Below, one piece after another: positions 42,101 through 51,739 of a DNA stretch of 64,000 nt. The stretch is from NCBI GenBank assembly GCA_002269645.1, contig NIVC01002158.1:124001-188000 (forward strand), given 5' to 3'. The position numbers and the translations under genes are program-made. Below the pieces are notes generated by a model. That model searched no databases. It was not told where the DNA came from and saw only the letters and a list, made by a program, of their open reading frames with translations. Origin of the DNA: Macrostomum lignano (taxonomy: Eukaryota). Within the stretch, counting starts at the first letter, position 1. Each line of letters starts with the position of its first letter.

Positions 42101-45100
42101 GATCTGAGAGGCTGGTGGCCTAGCAACTGAGGATCTGGGAGGCTGTCCCAGAAATGAGGATCTGGGAGGCTATTGGTGCTACAGCAACAGAGTTAGTGCC
42201 TTTAATAAGTTCTTTTCTATAATTATACTCACAACATTTTTTGAATTTCACAGGTGATGGAGGAGGTGGAGAACGTCAGCCGGCAATACCAGCCCCTGGC
42301 CCAGAGCTGCTCAGCTATCTTCTTCACTCTGGAAGGACTCAGCCAGCTGCACTCACTGTACCACTACTCTCTGCAGTTCTTCCTGTCAATGTTTAACGCC
42401 GCTCTGCACACGCAGGACCTGTCTGGCCTGACGGAGCCTTCCAAACGACTGGAGGTCATCACCGGTGCGCTGTTCCGCGTCACCTTCACCCGGGTTGGCC
42501 GCGGCATGCTGCAGCAGGTGAGCTAGCAGTAGTAGTAGTAGTAGTAGTAGTAGTAGTTTTAGCAGTATCAGTAGTAGTAGTAGTAGTTTTAGCAGTATCA
42601 GTAGTAGTAGTAGTAGTTTTAGCAGTATCAGTAGTAGTAGTAGTAGTTTTAGCAGCATTAGTAGTAGTAGTAGTAGTTTTAGCAGCATCAGTAGTAGTAG
42701 TAGTAGTTTTAGCAGCATCAGTAGTAGTAGTAGTAGTTTTAGCAGTATCAGTAGTAGTAGTAGTAGTTTTAGCAGTATCAGTAGTAGTAGTAGTAGTTTT
42801 AGCAGTATCAGTAGTAGTAGTAGTAGTTTTAGCAGTATCAGTAGTAGTAGTAGTAGTTTTAGCAGTATCAGTAGTAGTAGTAGTAGTTTTAGCAGCATCA
42901 GTAGTAGTAGTAGTAGTTTTAGCAGCATCAGTAGTAGTAGTAGTAGTTTTAGCAGCATCAGTAGTAGTAGTAGTAGTTTTAGCAGTATCAGTAGTAGTAG
43001 TAGTTTTAGCAGTATCAGTAGTAGTAGTAGTAGTTTTAGCAGTATCAGTAGTAGTAGTAGTAGTTTTAGCAGTATCAGTAGTAGTAGTAGTTTTAGCATT
43101 ATCAGTAGTAGTAGTAGTAGTTTTAGCAGTATCAGTAGTAGTAGTAGTAGTTTTAGCAGTATCAGTAGTAGTAGTAGTAGTTTTAGCAGTATCAGTAGTA
43201 GTAGTAGTAGTTTTAGCAGTATCAGTAGTAGTAGTAGTTTTAGCAGTATCAGTAGTAGTAGTAGTAGTTTTAGCAGCATCAGTAGTAGTAGTAGTAGTTT
43301 TAGCAGCATCAGTAGTAGTAGTAGTAGTTTTAGCAGCATCAGTAGTAGTAGTAGTAGTTTTAGCAGTATCAGTAGTAGTAGTAGTTTTAGCAGTATCAGT
43401 AGTAGTAGTAGTAGTTTTAGCAGTATCAGTAGTAGTAGTAGTAGTTTTAGCAGTATCAGTAGTAGTAGTAGTTTTAGCAGTATCAGTAGTAGTAGTAGTT
43501 TTAGCAGTATCAGTAGTAGTAGTAGTAGTTTTAGCAGTATCAGTAGTAGTAGTAGTAGTTTTAGCAGTATCAGTAGTAGTAGTAGTAGTTTTAGCAGTAT
43601 CAGTAGTAGTAGTAGTTTTAGCATTATCAGTAGTAGTAGTAGTAGTAGTAGTACAATAGTAGCAGCAGTAACAGAGTATTAGTAGCAGAGCATACCGTGT
43701 TCAGCTATCAGCTCAATTGGCAGAACTCCTTCCCCTTTCGCTGGCAACTATTTATATATTAATCACCAAGTCATGATAAGTAGTAAAGAGCGAGCATGGT
43801 TTCACTCCCTCTCTCGCACAACCAGGACCAAATCTCCCTGGCGGTGCTGCTCGCCCGTATCTACCTGCGCTCTAGCAGCACTCCGTTCGATGCCGAGTTC
43901 CAGCACTTCCTCCGGTCCCAGATTGTCACCGGCGCCCAGGAGCTGGACACCGCCAAGGCGGCTAACAAACTGGCCGAGCTGGCCTGCTTCAAGAACCTGC
44001 CCGGTCTAGTGGCTAAGAATGACGAATTCTCAGCCTGGGTTAACCAGGTCAGCCCGGAGATCTCCGTGCCGAAACTCTGGCAGGCTCCGTCTGCTGCCGA
44101 GGAGGAGCGCGGCCAAGCCATCTACAGCCTGCTGCTTGTGCAGGCCTTCCGGCCAGATCGGCTGCTGGCTGCCGCACATCACTTCGTTGCCGCTCTGCTG
44201 TCCGAGGACTTCCTGCAGGTTTGGATTACGCTGAATTATAGCGTTTTCATTGATTGACACTCCACCATGTAGCAATACTTTTGTTTGACTTGAGTCTACG
44301 ACACTGGTATAATAGAGAAGCGACTAAAGCTCACGCGCAGTTGCGAGAGTCGTCTCTCACTGACTGACTCGATTGCGAAGCTATCACGCCTCAATCGTTA
44401 TAAAACAATCCGACTGACACTCAGTCGCCCCGGAGTCACCTGAGTCGCCCCTCACTCATTTGGGTCACAGTCTAAGATACTACTGAGCTGCAGTAGTGTG
44501 AGTAGCTAGTGTATTAAATGAGATTCCATGCAGTCCACAGACAGCTCCCAGTCAGCCTGCATTGTTAAATTGGCTGTCTGAGGCGTTCCCTAGCTGTGGC
44601 AGATAAAGCTTAAAGGAAGCTGGGCTGACTTTTTCTATGCTGCTCTGCGTATCACTGACCCCAGTGCGCCCTGCAGTACGCTGAGACAGCCACATGCACT
44701 GACTAATGCGACGCTATCACGCCTCAATCGTTATAGAACTATCCGATAGTCGCCGCAGAGTCGTTAGACCATTCCTTAGTCGTTAGACAGAGTTGGTTAA
44801 GTCGCATATGATCACTTGAGTCGCCTCAGAGTTTTGAGTCGCCTATGAGTCACTTGAGTCGCCTATGAGTCACTTGAGTCGCCTATGAGTCACTTGAGTC
44901 GCCTATGAGTCACTTGAGTCGCCTATGAGTCACTTGAGTCGCCTATGAGTCACTTGAGTCGCCCCAGAGTCACTTAAGTCGCCTCAGAGTCCCATCTTTC
45001 ATATTTATCCATAATTTTCTCCCCCAGAGCTGCCAAATCCTGGCCGGCGACTTGGCCAAATCCGTACTGGAGGAGGTGACCTCGGCCACTCCGCTGCTAA

Positions 45101-48100
45101 TCTGCTCACCGCCCGGCTACGACGCATCCGGCCGAGTTGAGGAGCTGGCCTCCGAGTGCGGAAAACAGCTCACTGGCATCGCCATCGGCTCCGCTGAAGG
45201 CTTTAGCGCGGCCGAGAAAGCCGTCAACTCCGGCGCCAAGACTGGCGGCTGGATCGCGCTCAAGAATGTACACCTGGCGCCGGCCTGGCTCGGCCAGCTG
45301 GAGAAACGCCTGCACACGCTGGCGCCGCATCCCAATTTCCGGCTGTTCCTCACCGCTGAGATCTCGCCTAAGCTGCCTACTAATATCATCCGCACCGCCA
45401 GGGTGTTCGTGTTCGAGCCGCCCGCTGGCCTGAAGGCGTCCCTGATGCGCACCCTCAGTGCCATACCGCCGCAGCGGATGTCCAAGGCACCCGCCGAGAG
45501 AAGTCGCCTGTACTTCCTGCTGGCCTGGTTCCACGCTGTTGTGCAGGTGAGTCGCTTTTGGTGTTTTTTCACTCTATCTGTTTCTTTGTTCTTCTGACTC
45601 TGACCACCTTGACCCACTGGATTCTGACTACCTGACCCACTGGACCCTGACCACCTGACCGAATGGACCCTGACCATCTGACCCACTGGACTCTGACCAC
45701 CTGACCCACTGGACTCTGACTACCGGACCCAATGGACCCTGACCACCTGACCGAATGGACCCTGACCACCTGACCCACTGGACTCTGACTACCGGACCCA
45801 ATGGACCCTGACCACCTGACCGAATGGACCCTGACCACCTGACCCACTGGACTCTGACTACCTGACCCAATAGACCCTGACTACCTGACCCACTGCACTC
45901 TGACCACATTGACCCATTGCACTCTGACCACCTTGACCCACATAAGTTAGCCCCCTTGACCCACGTAAGCTATCTCACCTTGACCCAGCAACTACGACAA
46001 CTTAAATCAATATCTATTCTAAAGCACCGACTTACAGTTTTACTATTAGCAGTAGTGTCATGAAAATGTTGAATTCGTTACAGCCCAATCTAAAAGAAGA
46101 TTTTGTTCCCGCCCTATCCAAACAGGAGCGCCTCCGCTACACTCCACTTGGCTGGGCCAAACGCTACGAGTTCAACGAGTCGGATTTGAAATGCGCCTGC
46201 GACACAATCGACACCTGGGTTGACGGAGCCGCCATGGGCCGCGCCAACCTGCCCCCAGACAAGATCCCGTGGGACGCGCTGCGCACCCTCATGTCGCAGT
46301 GCATCTACGGCGGCAAAATTGATAACGCCTTCGATGCCCGCCTGTTGCAGACGTTCCTTGAGTCTTTGTTCGACGCCGCTAGCTTTGACGGTGACAGGCC
46401 CATTGTAGAGCACGTCGACGGGGTCGAGGGCGGCCGCATCATGCCGCCTGAGGGCTCCAAGCGCAACGAGATTTTCGCCTGGATCAACAAGCTGCCAGAT
46501 ACGCAGACACCTTCCTGGCTTGGACTGCCGAATAATGCTGAGAAAGTGCTATTGAGGAACTTGGGTAAGCTGGCGTATGAGGTCTTTGTTTGTGATAGAG
46601 GCCTTGTTTGTACTAAATACCCATTAACGTGTTGTAGATCCCCGTACTCCCGTGTTCTAGACCCCCTTCCCCGTGCTCTAGCTCTTTTAGTTGTAATCTT
46701 GAAAAAAACAAAAGCTAGGCCACATTTTGCCCCTGGCCGGCACCGCGGCAGCTGCAGCTCCGCCCAGTGGCCGAGCGAGGCTTTCCTTCTGTGGCAGACG
46801 GTTGGCGGCCCTGTGCGGCATTTTTGCCTCAGAGACTCGCGGCCTGCGTGTCTGCGGCTGTCCGCTGCGGGGCTCACAGAGTCTCAGATACTACTGAGCT
46901 GCAGTAGTGTGAGTAGCTAGTGGGGCTGGGGCTCAGATCGCTCACAGAGTCTCAGATACTACTGAGCTGCAGTAGTGTGAGTAGCTAGTGGGGCTGGGGC
47001 TCAGATCGCTCACAGTCTCAGATACTACTGAGCTGCAGTAGTGTGAGTAGCTAGTGGGGCTGGGGCTCAGATCGCTCACAGTCTCAGATACTACTGAGCT
47101 GCAGTAGTGTGAGTAGCTAGTGGGGCTGGGGCTCAGATCGCTCACAGTCTCAGATACTACTGAGCTGCAGTAGTGTGAGTAGCTAGTGGGGCTGGGGCTC
47201 AGATCGCTCACAGAGTCTCATACTACTGAGCTGCAGTAATGTGAGTAACCAGTGCATAAAATTAGATTCAAATCCACAGACAGCTCCCAGTCAGCTTGCA
47301 TTGTTAAATTGGCTGTCTGAGGCGTTCCCTAGCTGTGGAAGATGAAGCTGAGGATGCTGGGCTGACTTTTTCTATGCTGCTCTGCGTATCACTGACCCCA
47401 GTGCGCTCTGCAGTACGCTGAGACAGCCACATTTTATTGTTTAATATGCGCCGTTTTTTGTATTTTAATTAAGTTTTGTCAAGATGCGCACTTACACTAA
47501 TTGAATTTTGTTCTGTACAGCGGCTCGACTTGTGAAAGACTTGCTGAAACTTGACCTGCTGGAGGAGGACGAGAAAGATGAAGGCGGTACAGTCACGCAT
47601 TCCTGTCTTATTCACAGTCTCTTTGGGATAATATGAAAACACCTTTATATATTTAAACTCAAGGTGGAGTTCGACTGGTTAAGCGGTTTTTCCTCTCATT
47701 ACCATATTTATACGATCCTATGTACTGTAGTTCTTAAGGAGTTTCATGGTAGGTAATGCAGTTTTTCTCCGTATGTTCCTTCTGAGGTGCGGTACAAGTT
47801 CTTTCGTCAAAAATCAATGCAATTGTACATACTATGTACACACTGGAAGGCAGTTTTTCCTCTGGTTTTAACATTGTTTTTCAAAAATTTGAATTCGCGC
47901 CAAAAAGTTTCTCAAGTAGTTTAACAAAAATTGTTTTAAATTTAAAACTTGATAAATCAATATTTGTTTTTTTCCTCTCTAAATAGCTATCACCTTTTTA
48001 TAATGTAAAACAAAAATCCAGACAGCGTAATTTTTGGCGCGAATTTGAATTACTGGTAAAAAAATTTGCGCCAATTTAAACTTTACTAACAAAAATAGTA

Positions 48101-49094
48101 AACCAAAAATCCATGTCAGTCTTGTGTTCTTCTTCCCCCTTTTAACTCAGGCCAAGAGATGCTGGGCAAGGTGATGCAGATGCAGCACGTTGAAGATGAC
48201 GAAGACCTGGTGGTCAGCGGTCGCCAGCGCACTATCAGCAACGCGGGCGACGCCAGGCCGGCCTGGATGCGGCAGCTGTGCAACCAGGCCAATGACTGGC
48301 TGGGCCAGCTGCCCAAGGATCTGCGCCGCATGGCCCGCACAGCCGAGAACATCAAGGATCCGCTGTTCCGCTGCTTCGAGCGCGAGGTCACCTCAGCTGC
48401 CAACCTGCTTGCCGCGGTGCGCAAAGATCTCAGCGAGGTGGCGGCAGTGTGCGCGGCGGAGCGCAAGCCGACAAATCATCACCGCAAGATGATGGCGGAC
48501 CTGCAGAAGAGCCTCATACCGGCTGGCTGGAAGAAGTACACAGTGCCAGCTGGGCTCACCGCCATCCAGTGGGTTGCCGACTTTGCCGAGCGGGTCCGGC
48601 AGATGGCTCGAATCTCTGATCTGGTTGCCAAGGGCGGCATTGAGTCGCTTCGCTTGGCTCCCGTGTGGCTTGGCGGCCTCTTCATGCCCGAGGCCTACAT
48701 CACCGCCACCAGGCAGACCGTTGCCCAGAGCAACCGCTGGGCCCTGGAGGAGCTCACTTTGGACGTGAAGGTCCGTCCAGCTGCTGACGGCCCGCCGCCC
48801 GATGCCAGCACCTTCGTGGTGCACGGCTTGCGTCTCATGGGAGCCGAGTGCGCCGACAACAAGCTCCGCCTGGTGAACAGCATCAGCAGCGAGCTGGCCC
48901 GCACCGAGATCTGCTGGGTGAGGCACGAGGCCTACAAGAAGCCGCCGCCGGAGAGCTCAGTCAGTCTGCCTGTGTACCTGAACTCCACCAGGGCTCAGCT
49001 GCTGTTCACCCTCACCTTCCCCACTGAGGAGCCGAACACGGCTACGCAGTTCTTTGAGCGGGGCGTGGCCGTCACCGCCTCTGTGCTGGGCTGA
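5032..49094 (+). CDS. DYNC1H1: Cytoplasmic dynein-1 heavy chain, complete spliced gene (~4623 aa)
   Basis: Exons read by hand, all GT-AG with consistent phases: 5032-5275, 7655-7742, 7833-8006, 10218-10473, 13021-13680, 14369-21448, 22242-22565, 23025-23456, 24053-24623, [25398-25593 or 25681-25876], 26439-27012, 40558-40905, 41491-41856, 42254-42517, 43826-44218, 45028-45546, 46126-46564, 48151-49094. Sum 13,872 nt. P-loops [24 protein letters not shown] and GVSGAGKT are present; the N-terminal tail ([25 protein letters not shown]) is of the cytoplasmic dynein-1 type. Confidence 0.98.
8123..8421. mobile_element. hAT-type MITE (299 bp)
   Basis: 14-bp perfect TIR CATACATGCGCAAC / GTTGCGCATGTATG. 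8-bp TSD GACCGTTA at 8115-8122 and 8422-8429. Confidence 0.85.
8505..8965. repeat. 42-bp minisatellite (GGTCACATGACTGTCACATTTGAGG core)
   Basis: Visible tandem units in intron 3. Confidence 0.9.
10541..12035. mobile_element. Possible non-autonomous DNA element enclosing the 21-bp array
   Basis: Near-inverted ends AGCGGGGGCGTC and GACGCCCCTGCT; no TSD found. Confidence 0.35.
10630..11930. repeat. 21-bp minisatellite (GCAGGCACTCATTTTAGCGCC)
   Basis: About 60 units in intron 4. Confidence 0.97.
14369..21448 (+). CDS. DYNC1H1: Dynein heavy chain exon 6 (7080 nt): tail, linker, AAA1-AAA3
   Basis: Acceptor ctctag|GTTATC and donor GACCAG|gtgggc bound the 2363-aa ORF, which contains three Walker A motifs. 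Confidence 0.97.
21570..22160. repeat. ~21-22-bp minisatellite with palindromic GTCACGTGA core
   Basis: Tandem units with higher-order repetition in intron 6. Confidence 0.92.
22615..22925. repeat. 29-bp minisatellite (GGGAATTACTATATAGTGCTGATGGATCA)
   Basis: About 10 units in intron 7. Confidence 0.95.
23530..23980. repeat. 38-bp then 22-bp minisatellite (CAGATCCCCATTTCAGTG core)
   Basis: Unit length switches mid-array in intron 8. Confidence 0.93.
24700..25190. repeat. Degenerate GT-rich repeat (TTTGGGA/TGTGGGA)
   Basis: Intron 9. Confidence 0.85.
25398..25593 (+). CDS. DYNC1H1: Dynein alternative exon 10A, microtubule-binding domain variant A
   Basis: tatctag|CT...CTCAG|gtgagt, 196 nt, phase 1 in and phase 2 out. 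Encodes [66 protein letters not shown]. Confidence 0.92.
25681..25876 (+). CDS. DYNC1H1: Dynein alternative exon 10B, microtubule-binding domain variant B (absent from the ORF track)
   Basis: tatccag|CC...ATGCC|gtaagt, 196 nt, phase 1 in and phase 2 out. Encodes [66 protein letters not shown], colinear with 10A. Confidence 0.88.
27050..27724. repeat. 29-bp minisatellite (GATCCCCATAGACTGGGCAGCTTCTCCCA), left part
   Basis: The array resumes at 40212-40345 after the transposon nest. Confidence 0.95.
28851..31760 (-). CDS. Transposon accessory protein, DUF4806-like (~653 aa, 5 exons)
   Basis: Exons 31760-31553, 31257-30262, 29956-29712, 29520-29349, 29191-28851. Phases are consistent, total 1962 nt. 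N-terminus [20 protein letters not shown] and C-terminal [13 protein letters not shown]...[16 protein letters not shown] resemble accessory ORFs of animal EnSpm elements. Confidence 0.72.
30330..30870 (-). repeat. 51-bp coding tandem repeat ([17 protein letters not shown]) in the transposon accessory gene
   Basis: About 10 near-identical in-frame units. Confidence 0.95.
32260..34596 (-). CDS. CMC/EnSpm-type DDE transposase (spliced)
   Basis: Main exon 34094-32260 is stop-free, with motifs [31 protein letters not shown] and FWGENF. Upstream phase-1 exon 34596-34369 ([13 protein letters not shown]). A further possible exon at 36505-36368; start codon not located. Confidence 0.88.
37572..39732 (-). 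CDS. Low-complexity spliced ORF remnant inside the outer element
   Basis: Phase-compatible exons 39732-39566, 39030-38969, then 38762-38518 or its duplicate 38281-37572 ((SRQRIK)n). No start codon or recognisable domain found. Confidence 0.35.
37596..38180. repeat. 18-bp minisatellite (CTCTGCCTCGACTTTATC)
   Basis: About 32 units; shorter second array at 38525-38660. Confidence 0.95.
38168..39005. repeat. ~481-bp direct duplication inside the outer element
   Basis: 38221 aaacataggtctcccatttc... recurs at 38702, including identical AT-rich intron sequence. Confidence 0.9.
40960..41395. repeat. 46-bp minisatellite (TTGACC-based)
   Basis: Intron 12. Confidence 0.92.
41875..42170. repeat. ~30-bp degenerate minisatellite (CCCAGCAACTGGGGATCTGAGAGGCTGG)
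   Basis: Intron 13. Confidence 0.85.
42525..43660. repeat. (AGT)n-based 27-30-bp minisatellite
   Basis: Intron 14. Confidence 0.96.
44535..44697 (+). ncRNA. H/ACA snoRNA-like family A, copy 1 (dynein intron 15)
   Basis: CCACAG/CTGTGG hairpin, pocket CAGCT + CGTTCCCTA, H box AGATAA, 3' hairpin, ACA+3 nt. Confidence 0.7.
44815..44990. repeat. 20-bp minisatellite (GAGTCGCCTATGAGTCACTT)
   Basis: Intron 15. Confidence 0.92.
45595..45965. repeat. ~20-bp CTGACC-based minisatellite
   Basis: Intron 16. Confidence 0.88.
46719..46881 (+). ncRNA. H/ACA snoRNA-like family B, copy 1
   Basis: GCCAC/GTGGC hairpin with pocket ATTTTGCC + CTTTCCTT; hinge AGACGG (imperfect H box); 3' hairpin GCCCTG...CGGGGC; ACA+3. 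Confidence 0.5.
46882..47250. repeat. 66/68-bp hairpin-forming tandem repeat between snoRNA-like B and A
   Basis: CTCAGATACTACTG-AGCTG-CAGTAGTGTGAG stem; about 5.5 units. Confidence 0.9.
47274..47434 (+). ncRNA. H/ACA snoRNA-like family A, copy 2 (dynein intron 17)
   Basis: Same fold; H box AGATGA; ACA. Confidence 0.7.
47521..47636 (+). CDS. Candidate alternative dynein exon at the start of the C-terminal cap (66-nt cassette, or terminal exon with stop at 47634-47636)
   Basis: ttctgtacag|CG acceptor in the phase 1 required after exon 17. Reads [22 protein letters not shown], resembling [20 protein letters not shown] at the start of exon 18. Weak donor G|gtacag at 47586; read-through gives [16 protein letters not shown]. 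Confidence 0.55.
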
Positions 49095-49884
49095 TTTTAA
49101 CTGACTAGTATGGATCACAATAATCATATTTATAACTCATCCTTATATATTAATAACAAAATACTAACTATTTAATCATAGATTCTTTAGCGCCATTTTC
49201 AAACCCAAAATTTCAAAATAATGGAAATTAAAAAAGCTGTTCGAAATTTTGTTTAAATTATACTCAAAATTTTATTTAACAAAAATCTATCAGCAATAAT
49301 CAGTTAATATAAATGAGATAGTATTAAACAAATTCGACTGCTTGATCCATTATTCTATTTATAATCAACTGTGTTGACCTATTTATTGCAATATTTATTA
49401 CTATATTTATTATCAATTTGGATATATTTATTTACCTACTAGTTTTGTTCGTTTGTGTTTTATTCTATCTAAGCACTCTCTCTAGAAGCGATGCTATTAA
49501 TCCCTCAATTTTTACGCTTATGGTCCTATTTCATAAACAGACAATTTATATTTAGATTAGACTACTATATCAAGCTACTTGAAGTAATATAGAACTGCAC
49601 CTGATTTTCTTGCGCGGTGTTGACTCGTATTTTTTATTATTCTCTCAAACTGAAAATACTTTATTGGAATTTTGGTTCTTTACTCTTACTACTTTACTAT
49701 ATTAATATCTATTGTCTACTGTTATTCAGGCTTTAACTAATAAAACTGTCATCAGTTTCTAGTAGATCTTCATCGCGGTGATTAGCGTCATTCAAGTCTG
49801 CGTTTGTCTTCAATATTATAATTCATTTTCTTGTATCTTGCACCTTAGCTAGCTGCATAGGTAGACTGAAACAACTAGAGCATA

Positions 49885-50043
49885 CCACGGACAGCTCCCA
49901 GTCAGCTTAATTTGCAAATAGCTGTCTGAGGCGTTCCCTAGCTGTGGCAGATGAAGCTGAGGAAGCTGGGCTGACTTTTTCTATGCTGCTCTGCGTCTCA
50001 CTGACCCCAGTGCGCCCTGCAGTACGCTGAGACAGCCACATGC
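49885..50043 (+). ncRNA. H/ACA snoRNA-like family A, copy 3 (intergenic)
   Basis: Same fold with a variant apical loop; AGATGA; ACA. Confidence 0.7.
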
Positions 50044-50279
50044 ACTCTAGTGTCTTCATATCAGTGTCCTAAAATCAAAAGTAATAAATATCATATCGTT
50101 ATGTTTAAGTAGGTTAAGCAAGCCTAATCGCGGTTAGTACGTAGTCAAATAGGGCCTTTTAATTTATGTGGCACCAACGATGGAATCGGTAGGCTTGCTG
50201 TAATTTTTTTATTCTACCGATATGTATAAAAAAATTAACCTAAAAGAATTACGGCTCTGTTTTTTAAATGATAATTTAA

Positions 50280-50441
50280 CCACAAACAGCTCCCAGTCAG
50301 CCTGCATTGTTAAATTGGCTCTCTGAGGCGTTCCCTAGCTGTGGCAGATGAAGCTTTAAGATGCTTGGCTGACTTTTTCTATGCTGCTCTGCGTATCACT
50401 GACCCCAGTGCGCCCTGCAGTACGCTGAGACAGCCACATGC
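50280..50441 (+). ncRNA. H/ACA snoRNA-like family A, copy 4 (intergenic)
   Basis: Same fold; AGATGA; ACA. Confidence 0.7.
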
Positions 50442-50626
50442 ACTTCTGTTTCTCACTACCAGTGCCCTAGAATCAAAGTAGTAATATCATATCGTTATTG
50501 TTTAAGTAGGTTAAGCAAGCTTAATCACGGTTAGTACGCAGTCAATTAGGGGCTTTTATTTTGTGTGGCACCAATGCTGTAATCAATAGCTTTCCTATGG
50601 TCTTTGTTTTTGCAAATCTCTTTTGT

Positions 50627-50790
50627 CCACAAACAGCTCCTAGTCAGCTTGTTAAATTCTCAAATAGCTGTCTGAGGCGTTCCCTAGCTGTGGCAGATGA
50701 AGCTGAGGATGCTGGGGCTGACTTTTTCTATGCTGCACTGCGTATCACTGACCCCAGTGCGCTCTGTAGTACGCTGAGACAGTCACATTC
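50627..50790 (+). ncRNA. H/ACA snoRNA-like family A, copy 5 (intergenic)
   Basis: Same fold; AGATGA; ACA. Confidence 0.7.
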
Positions 50791-50915
50791 AAATAAGACT
50801 ACTTTTATATTCTCAGTAGTATAAGTAGAGAATTAGTTTTTTTAAGCCGATATGTATCGAAAGTATATTTAACGAAGGGTATTTTACTACTAATATATTT
50901 ATGCTATCCAGCGCC

Positions 50916-51521
50916 ATGACTAAAGGCAGCAGCTCGGGTTCGCTTGCGGGAGGCGATGCTCAAAAGCAGAAGCAGCAACAGCAGCAGCCGGCCTGGCCCA
51001 TCGAGCAGGAGATGAACTTGTTCGTGGCACTCCGCGGCCACAAACCCGTAGGTGTTGACCGGCACTTCCAGATGCTGTACATCACCGAGAAGTTGAACGC
51101 TGCGCAGCGGGACCGCGGCCTCCCGCCGGTGTCCATCCGGTCCGTGTGGACCCTCCTGGACAGCCTGTACTCCATGCCGGCCCTGCACGACTCCGAGGTG
51201 CTGCCCTTCCCTAACAAGGACGTTGAATTTTCTCTGCCAATTGATTCGCCGGATTGGAAACCCGTGCTAGCCATGGACTTTCCAAGGGTGTTCGGCTTGT
51301 CCGCTGCCGGCTCCGCCCGCTCCGCGTCGCCTGCGGGCGCCCTCGCCGAGCCGTCGATTCAGCCGAGGAAGCGCGGCCGACCTCCCCGTGGCACTGCGTC
51401 GCCGCAGGCGGCCCCCTCTAGTCGAAGCCACTCACCGGCGCCCAGCAGCGACGCTGGCGACTCAGTGGCCGGTGGCAGCGCCGGCGGCAGCAGCCTGGCG
51501 TCTAAGAAAGCCAGGAGATGA
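50916..51521 (+). CDS. MRGBP: MRG/MORF4L-binding protein (Eaf7 family, NuA4/TIP60 subunit), intronless
   Basis: WPIEQEMNLFVALRGHKPVGVDRHFQMLYI...VWTLLDSLYSMPALHDSEVLPFPN matches the Eaf7/MRGBP domain. Start taken at ATG 50916 (an upstream in-frame ATG lies at 50901). Confidence 0.9.
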   Translation: MTKGSSSGSLAGGDAQKQKQQQQQPAWPIEQEMNLFVALRGHKPVGVDRHFQMLYITEKLNAAQRDRGLPPVSIRSVWTLLDSLYSMPALHDSEVLPFPNKDVEFSLPIDSPDWKPVLAMDFPRVFGLSAAGSARSASPAGALAEPSIQPRKRGRPPRGTASPQAAPSSRSHSPAPSSDAGDSVAGGSAGGSSLASKKARR

Positions 51522-51739
51522 GCTGCCTGATTGTGTCAGCTGTGCATTTCCAGCTTAAATGCATTCTGTCCAGTTTACTGTTGCTGTGTGCACAGTTTAA
51601 CATTCTTATATTGCTCTGTACTGAGCGTTTTATCAGTTATAATTACTGTATAGTTACTATCAACTGCAATTAAAGTAAATAAACGGGTTTCTATTTTTAT
51701 AGGCAATTCTTTGCTTGTTGATTGATCGATTTGAACAAG

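Noticed and set aside
42386-43624. 412-aa poly-Leu ORF
   Set aside because: Antisense reading of the (AGT)n array.
44535-44697. Family A repeat as spliced-leader RNA, U snRNA or tRNA-SINE
   Set aside because: No SL exon ending in AUG followed by a GU donor, no canonical Sm site (ACTTTTTC only), no A/B boxes or poly(A) tail. H/ACA boxes and rRNA complementarity fit better.
46565-46920. C-terminal extension of ORF 46060-46920 (and similar ORFs at 55683-55971, 60291-60505)
   Set aside because: Read-through past the exon 17 donor into the GC-rich family B repeat; not coding.
46882-47250. Hairpin tandem repeats as a CRISPR array (also 60490-60936 and the 29-bp arrays)
   Set aside because: Units are contiguous with no unique spacers, there are no cas genes, and the context is eukaryotic.
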